This document shows, one piece after another, positions 26,618 through 31,384 of a stretch of 31,384 nucleotides of DNA (position 1 is its first letter; each line of letters begins with the position of its first letter). The notes beneath the pieces are model-generated. The model had not been told where the DNA came from. It did no database searches and saw only the letters and a program-made list of their open reading frames with translations. A program made the translations under genes and the position numbers. Source of the DNA: a virus (Duplodnaviria > Caudoviricetes); the IMG/VR virus record IMGVR_UViG_3300036783_000060, positions 1-31,384 of that record; one strand, 5' to 3'.

Positions 26618-27739
26618 ATGAGCAACCAACTCGCACTGATTCAGAAAGATTTAGCAGCAGAGCTGGCACCGGCCAAGGAGATTTTGCCGAGCCATGTCAG
26701 CTTTGAGAAATTTACCAGCGCCGCGGCGGTGGCACTTGCCAACAATAGCGATTTATTGGGCGCCGACCGCCAAAGCGTTATTAATGCCCTTTCATCCTGC
26801 GCAAAAGACGGCCTGATCCCTGATAACCGGGAGGCAGCACTTGTCGTATACAAGACGAAAAATGCTAACGGCGAATGGGTAGCGAAAGCACAGTACCTAC
26901 CGATGATCGACGGTGTGATGAAGCGGGCGCGCCAGTCCGGTGAGGTAGCGGTGATCGCCGCACGTGCCTGGTACAAGAATGACCAATTTCGCGTCTGGAT
27001 GGACGAGGACGGCGAACATATTTTTTATGAGCCTAATCTCTTGAACCGAGGCGAATTACTCGGCGCCTTCGCCTACGCCAAGATGAAATCCGGTGAGCTT
27101 CAGTTCGAGGTGATGAACACTGACGATATTGAGAAGGTTCGGGCGGCCAGCAAAAACAGCGATCGCGGCCCTTGGGTGAACTGGTATGAATCAATGGCGC
27201 GTAAATCCGTCATGCATCGCCTGTGTCGCCGCTTGCCGAACAACTCCGAGATGATGGAAATGCTCGAGCGTGGTACCGAGATGGTGTGGCAAAAAGAAAG
27301 GGACGTCACCCCAGAAACCCGCGTTACTGCAGGCCAACTGATCGAGGCCGCCGAGCACACATCAGAACCGCCAGTTACCGACGTTGGCGCCCCTGAAAAA
27401 ATGGCATCTGATATCCGTGGCAGCATCGACAAGATCACCACCCCAGCGGAAGCAACAGCCCTCCGGGCATCAGTTGAAGAGTTGAAGACACAGTTGGGGA
27501 TCACGCTGTACACCGAATTGAAAAACAAAATCGTGAAGCAACACCACCGCCTCAACGCTATTTCGGCACTGGGTGCCTCGATCGATGCAGCCGGAGTGAA
27601 CGGCGGAACTTCACATCAAGAACGCGCCGAGCTGGAAGCCCTGCTCCGTCGTTCCGAACGCCTATTAAACGCAGATGAGGTTCAACGGTATCAACAGGCA
27701 ATAGCGGACCTGGCGCCACAGCCGGAGGCGGCATGTTGA
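26618..27739 (+). CDS. recT: RecT-family annealase with C-terminal extension
   Basis: GLIPDNREAALVVY, QYLPMIDG, GPWV.WYESMARKSV..RL...LP. Confidence 0.9.
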   Translation: MSNQLALIQKDLAAELAPAKEILPSHVSFEKFTSAAAVALANNSDLLGADRQSVINALSSCAKDGLIPDNREAALVVYKTKNANGEWVAKAQYLPMIDGVMKRARQSGEVAVIAARAWYKNDQFRVWMDEDGEHIFYEPNLLNRGELLGAFAYAKMKSGELQFEVMNTDDIEKVRAASKNSDRGPWVNWYESMARKSVMHRLCRRLPNNSEMMEMLERGTEMVWQKERDVTPETRVTAGQLIEAAEHTSEPPVTDVGAPEKMASDIRGSIDKITTPAEATALRASVEELKTQLGITLYTELKNKIVKQHHRLNAISALGASIDAAGVNGGTSHQERAELEALLRRSERLLNADEVQRYQQAIADLAPQPEAAC

Positions 27740-27918
27740 CGGTTATCGGTTTCGTTCTGCTCGTCAGCCCCTGCGGTTTCGATGCATGCGACGCATTACC
27801 GGTATCTGAAAAAGTATACCCCACGCTGAACGACTGCAATCGGGTGAAGGATGCAATCCAGTTGCGCCGGCCCCGCGCTGTTCTGTACTGCAGCGAAGTA
27901 TACCGACCTGAAAACTGA
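27733..27918 (+). CDS. Small Cys-containing protein (YebW/DUF1482-like)
   Basis: Hydrophobic N-terminus, CG.DAC...YPT..DC; SD GGAGG. Confidence 0.6.
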   Translation: MLTVIGFVLLVSPCGFDACDALPVSEKVYPTLNDCNRVKDAIQLRRPRAVLYCSEVYRPEN

Positions 27919-27988
27919 TTTTTGAAAATCAAAACACAACGCAGGCCACGGCTAAGATCGTGGCCGGTTGTGCGTAGGAGCATAACCA

Positions 27989-28264
27989 ATGACTAAAAAG
28001 CTGACGTTAGAAGAATGGTGTGATGAAACTTACTCAGGCAAGAAACCAACACTGCAAACATTATGGCGTTGGGCCAGAAATGGGAATTTTTATCCGCCAG
28101 CAGAAAAACACGGCAAACAGTACCGGCTGACACCAGGGACTATTTACATCAACCCCAATGATCTCACCCTGGGGAAAAAAATAAAGGAAGCGCAGAGCCC
28201 ACAACCGGCGAGGCAAGCGTTCATGGAAAAGGTGATCAATGACACGGCGAAGGGAGGGGTATGA
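27989..28264 (+). CDS. xis: Excisionase
   Basis: LTLEEW......PT.QTL.RWAR.G..YP..EKHGK.YR is lambda Xis-like; overlaps the int start. Confidence 0.9.
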   Translation: MTKKLTLEEWCDETYSGKKPTLQTLWRWARNGNFYPPAEKHGKQYRLTPGTIYINPNDLTLGKKIKEAQSPQPARQAFMEKVINDTAKGGV

Positions 28265-29321
28265 CATGCGGCTACCGAAAAACCTCACTTTTCGCCGCAA
28301 CAGAAACGCGTTTTATTGGCGTAATCCTGTCACAAAAAAGGAAATCTCTCTTGGGCAGATTGCGCGCCGTGACGCCATAGCTCAGGCGATCGAAGCCAAT
28401 CACTACATCGAACAGAATTACTCCCCTGTACTGCTGCTGGAGAAAATCAAAGGCAGCCACGAGTACACGCTAAACTCGTGGCTCGAGCGGTACGATGTAC
28501 TTTTCAAGCGCCGGAGTCTGGCCGAGAACACTTACAAGGTTCGCATAGGTCAGTTTGCCATTATCAGCGAAAAGTTAGGCGGCATGGTGCTATCAAAAAT
28601 CACGACTCGCCACGTCGCCGAGTTCTTAGAAATTTGGATTGCTCAGGATAAAAAAACAATGGCTGCAACTATGCGCTCCGTACTGTCTGACATATTTCGT
28701 GAAGCGATTGTGGAAGGTCATATCGAGAACAACCCCGTTACACCCACGCGAGCGGCAAAGGTGGTGGTGAAGCGCGAACGGCTAGAGTTGGCGCAATACA
28801 TGTCCATTCGTGAAACTGCTGCCACTATGCCGCCGTGGTTCGGCCTGGCGATGGATCTCGCACTGGTCACCGGGCAACGGCGCGAAGATTTGACGCAATT
28901 CCGATTCGAGCATGTCGTAAATGGGCGGCTACAGATCGAGCAAGGTAAAACAGGCGCCATGATCTCCCTTCCCCTTGATCTGGAACTGAAAGCGGTAAAC
29001 CTGCGTCTTGGCACCGTGATCGATCGTTGTCGGCTCGCCAGCAACACCGAATTTATGCTCAGTGCCGGAATCCGGAAAAACAGCCCGGACGGCTCTTTGC
29101 ACCCAGATGGATTAACGAAAAAGTTTGTTGCTACGCGAAAAGCATCGGAGTTGGTATTTGAGGAAAATCCGCCGACGTTCCACGAGATCAGGAGCCTGGC
29201 CGGACGGTTGTATGAGAAGGAAAAAGGAAAGGAATTTGCGCAGAAATTACTGGGGCATAAATCCGAAAAAATGACGGGTAAATACCTCGATACGAGGGGG
29301 AAAGAGTACGTAATGTTGTAA
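28239..29321 (+). CDS. int: Lambda-type tyrosine integrase
   Basis: Arm-binding N-terminus LPKNL..YWRNP; catalytic TGQRRED, KTG, HEIRS, LLGH, Y all present. Confidence 0.96.
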   Translation: MTRRREGYDMRLPKNLTFRRNRNAFYWRNPVTKKEISLGQIARRDAIAQAIEANHYIEQNYSPVLLLEKIKGSHEYTLNSWLERYDVLFKRRSLAENTYKVRIGQFAIISEKLGGMVLSKITTRHVAEFLEIWIAQDKKTMAATMRSVLSDIFREAIVEGHIENNPVTPTRAAKVVVKRERLELAQYMSIRETAATMPPWFGLAMDLALVTGQRREDLTQFRFEHVVNGRLQIEQGKTGAMISLPLDLELKAVNLRLGTVIDRCRLASNTEFMLSAGIRKNSPDGSLHPDGLTKKFVATRKASELVFEENPPTFHEIRSLAGRLYEKEKGKEFAQKLLGHKSEKMTGKYLDTRGKEYVML

Positions 29322-29336
29322 AAGACCGAATATAGA

Positions 29337-29400
29337 AATTCGGACATAATTCGGACACTTTCGGGCAAATGAAAATAAACACTTTAAAATCAACAACTTA
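29337..29400. other. Phage att arm: three Int arm-type repeats plus an IHF site
   Basis: TTCGGACA (29339), TTCGGACA (29350), TTCGGGCA (29360); AATCAACAACTTA (29388-400) fits WATCAANNNNTTR. Confidence 0.75.
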
Positions 29401-29505
29401 AAAAAAGACCGAATACGATTCCTATATTCGGTCTAGGGAAATGGCTCTTGGGAGAGAGCCGTGCGCTAAAAGTTGGCATTTTGTGCAAAGCTTGTTCAGC
29501 CGTGC
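29400..29505 (-). ncRNA. sdsR: SdsR (RyeB) sRNA; the prophage junction is at its 3' end
   Basis: ATGCCAACTTTTAGCGCACGGCTCTCTCCCAAGAGCCATTTCCCT..GACCGAATA..GGAATCGT.TTCGGTCTTTTT matches the SdsR core; synteny with yebY. Confidence 0.93.
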
Positions 29506-29511
29506 ACTTTA

Positions 29512-29518
29512 AGAGTAG
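29512..29518 (-). promoter_or_regulatory. RpoS-type -10 of sdsR
   Basis: CTACTCT (C at -13) followed by TAA, 6 nt before the predicted 5' end. Confidence 0.7.
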
Positions 29519-29637
29519 CTTACCGCGCTATTTTTGCCAGCCTGCCACACGGCGAGTGATAGTTTCATTAAGAAATTATTTCCGCATGATTTTTCATCAC
29601 CGGTTCCCCCCAAACTAAGCCATTGTGGGATAAGCGA

Positions 29638-29979
29638 TTAGTTAGCGCACAGCTTCTCGGCACGTTCGCGGTACGGCTCAACACTCATTTTATGACCGGG
29701 ATTAGCGGCATCATCCAGCAGGATCACTTCAAGCGGCTGGGCGCGCTGCTGCCCTGCTTTCACCTGTGCTTCTGCGGCTTCGTTGAGCGGGTACTGCATC
29801 AGCGTGCTGTTGTTGAGCACGAACAATGCGCCGCCGCTGCGGCACTGCAACGTCACCTCTTCTTTGGTGAACGCCCATTGTTTGCCGTATTCCAGCTTGG
29901 TGATGTTCACCAGTTGATCTGCCGCCAGCGCACCGGTCGCGGTTGCCAGCAGCGTTATGCCAAGTAATGCCGATTTCAT
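29638..29979 (-). CDS. yebY: YebY periplasmic protein (DUF2511)
   Basis: Signal peptide; WAFTKEEVTLQCR...TLMQYPLN. Confidence 0.92.
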   Translation of the reverse strand: MKSALLGITLLATATGALAADQLVNITKLEYGKQWAFTKEEVTLQCRSGGALFVLNNSTLMQYPLNEAAEAQVKAGQQRAQPLEVILLDDAANPGHKMSVEPYRERAEKLCAN

Positions 29980-30048
29980 GTTGTGGCCTTAAGGTTGCTA
30001 TTTGATTCAATTTTCCCGCAGTTTGGGGGCATCCGGCAAGCCGCAATG

Positions 30049-30930
30049 TTACACCGGCGCATAAGTTGCAAATAAACTGACCAGCAGCAGCACGCCCGCG
30101 CCCAATCCCACTTCAATCCAGCAGGCCAGCACCAGCCCGCGCTGTGCCAACTGCGGCATACTGCTCATAGCCGGGACGATAGCGTATCGGTTGGCCAACG
30201 CCACCATCACCATCAGCGCTACCAGTGCGGTTTTGAATAGCAGCAGGCGCTGGTAAGGTGAATCGACATCCAGCGGCCAGCTACCGAGAATAATCAAACT
30301 GTTGATCACGCCGCTCAACACCACCAGCGCTACCGCAAGGTGGCCCCAACGCGAGAAGCGTATCAGCGTGGTGACCGCGTCGCTGCGGCTTTGCGGTTGA
30401 GCCAGATAACGCAGGCAAACCAGCAACGGCAGCAGGCTGCCAAACCAGTAACCGGCTGCCAACAAATGCAGTGCGTGGTTAAAACGATGTGCTACGCCGA
30501 GTGCTCCATCATGCATTGCTGCATGGCCGATGAATGCCATGCTGACCAGCAACAGTGTGGAAAGCAGTGCCAAAAACTGCGTGCGGCGCGGTTCTGCCAA
30601 CCACAGGCTCAGCAATGCCAATAATGAAATGCCCAGGTGCCAGCGCCAGACTTCACCGAAGGTAGTGCCCAGGACCGCCCACCACACGTCCAGTCGCCAG
30701 GTGTCGGCCCAGCCGTCACCCATCTGTCCGGCCTGAATAGCCAGCAGCGCCACGGCAGAAAGCCCGGCAAGCCAGGTACAGGAGACCAGTAAAGGACGCA
30801 CATCACGGGTGAGATACGGGGAAAGGCGCTGTGGCGACAATAAGGCGGTGAACAGGCTGGAGCCAAACATCAGCATCACCGCCGCAAAGTGCACAAAGCG
30901 ACACAGGACAAACAAGGTCGCCAGACTCAT
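30049..30930 (-). CDS. yebZ: CopD-family copper uptake membrane protein
   Basis: Multiple TM segments; GHAAM, HLLAAGYWFG.L, RFSRWGH. Confidence 0.93.
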   Translation of the reverse strand: MSLATLFVLCRFVHFAAVMLMFGSSLFTALLSPQRLSPYLTRDVRPLLVSCTWLAGLSAVALLAIQAGQMGDGWADTWRLDVWWAVLGTTFGEVWRWHLGISLLALLSLWLAEPRRTQFLALLSTLLLVSMAFIGHAAMHDGALGVAHRFNHALHLLAAGYWFGSLLPLLVCLRYLAQPQSRSDAVTTLIRFSRWGHLAVALVVLSGVINSLIILGSWPLDVDSPYQRLLLFKTALVALMVMVALANRYAIVPAMSSMPQLAQRGLVLACWIEVGLGAGVLLLVSLFATYAPV

Positions 30931-30933
30931 GAG

Positions 30934-31317
30934 TTAGTTTACGGTGAAGCTGTACTGGCCTTTGGTTTTATGACCGTCGACCGAAACCACATGCCAGCTG
31001 ACGTTATATTTTCCTGCTGCCAGGTCGCCTTCAATAGGCAGGTTAACCTGGGTATTGTTGTTCGCATCAAGCTGCAACTTGCCGGTTTTCACTTCGGCGT
31101 TGTCGGGCCCGGTGATTTTAATGCCGCTAAAGTTAGGCTCGATACCTTCGGAGAAGTTAAGCGTCAGCACTTTTGGTGCCGGGCTAACGCTGGCATCTGC
31201 CGCCGGCGTTTCAACTTTCAAATGGGCATGCGCCAGCGCCTGCTGTGAAGACAGCCCGACAAACAGCACGAAAATAGTGGAAAGCAGGCGATAAGAAGAA
31301 CGAATTTTACCAATCAC
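30934..31317 (-). CDS. yobA: CopC-family periplasmic copper-binding protein
   Basis: Signal ALA-HAHL; WHVVSVDGHKTKG. Confidence 0.94.
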   Translation of the reverse strand: MIGKIRSSYRLLSTIFVLFVGLSSQQALAHAHLKVETPAADASVSPAPKVLTLNFSEGIEPNFSGIKITGPDNAEVKTGKLQLDANNNTQVNLPIEGDLAAGKYNVSWHVVSVDGHKTKGQYSFTVN

Positions 31318-31384
31318 AGTGATATCCCTTAAAGCAATAATCGAGGGTGATAAGGGTTAAGGCTAACCGCCAGGGCGATGTATC

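Larger units (their letters stand above)
6445..29400. mobile_element. Defective lambdoid prophage integrated at sdsR/ryeB
   Basis: Canonical order att-int-xis-recT-recE-pL-cI-cro-cII-O-P-nin-Q-lysis-terS-terL'-tail tip. Confidence 0.92.

Noticed and set aside
17741-27993. GGAGCATAACCAATG copies as CRISPR repeats, attC sites or CI operators
   Set aside because: They are dispersed, non-palindromic, always on the coding strand at start codons, and distinct from the GTAAA-N7-TTTAC operators.
28718-29368. Long antisense ORFs (e.g. 28718-29368, 3987-4634, 18900-19421, 26133-26669)
   Set aside because: They are shadows of well-supported genes on the opposite strand, with no SD or recognisable motifs.
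29638-31317. copC/copD genes as phage-borne copper resistance cargo
   Set aside because: They lie outside the att junction and are the conserved chromosomal yobA-yebZ-yebY operon.

Overview
The window holds a decayed, chimeric prophage region integrated at the 3' end of the sdsR (ryeB) sRNA gene, next to the host yebY-yebZ-yobA operon, in an Enterobacterales host that looks Serratia-like. The right part (~6.4-29.4 kb) is a lambdoid siphovirus. It has intact int/xis, recE/recT, immunity (short cI, cro, cII-like), replication (O-like, DnaC-like), a LexA-controlled dinI plus putative antirepressor, Q, a Mu Mom-like DNA modification gene, holin/SAR endolysin and tail-tip genes M/L/K/I. Its terL, head, tail tube, tape measure, J and probably the spanins are broken by deletions. 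It is fused through a J/terL junction to late-gene remnants of a second, 933W-like podovirus-type prophage (~0.6-6.4 kb). The strongest novel signal is the motif GGAGCATAACCAATG, which covers the Shine-Dalgarno and start codon at seven positions, including xis and recT. One copy lies in a predicted ~120-nt minus-strand RNA (23442-23561) with its own -10 box and terminator, and this RNA displays the anti-motif in a hairpin loop. This is a candidate trans-acting antisense sRNA regulon. All family assignments come from motif recognition and recall; no database searches were run.
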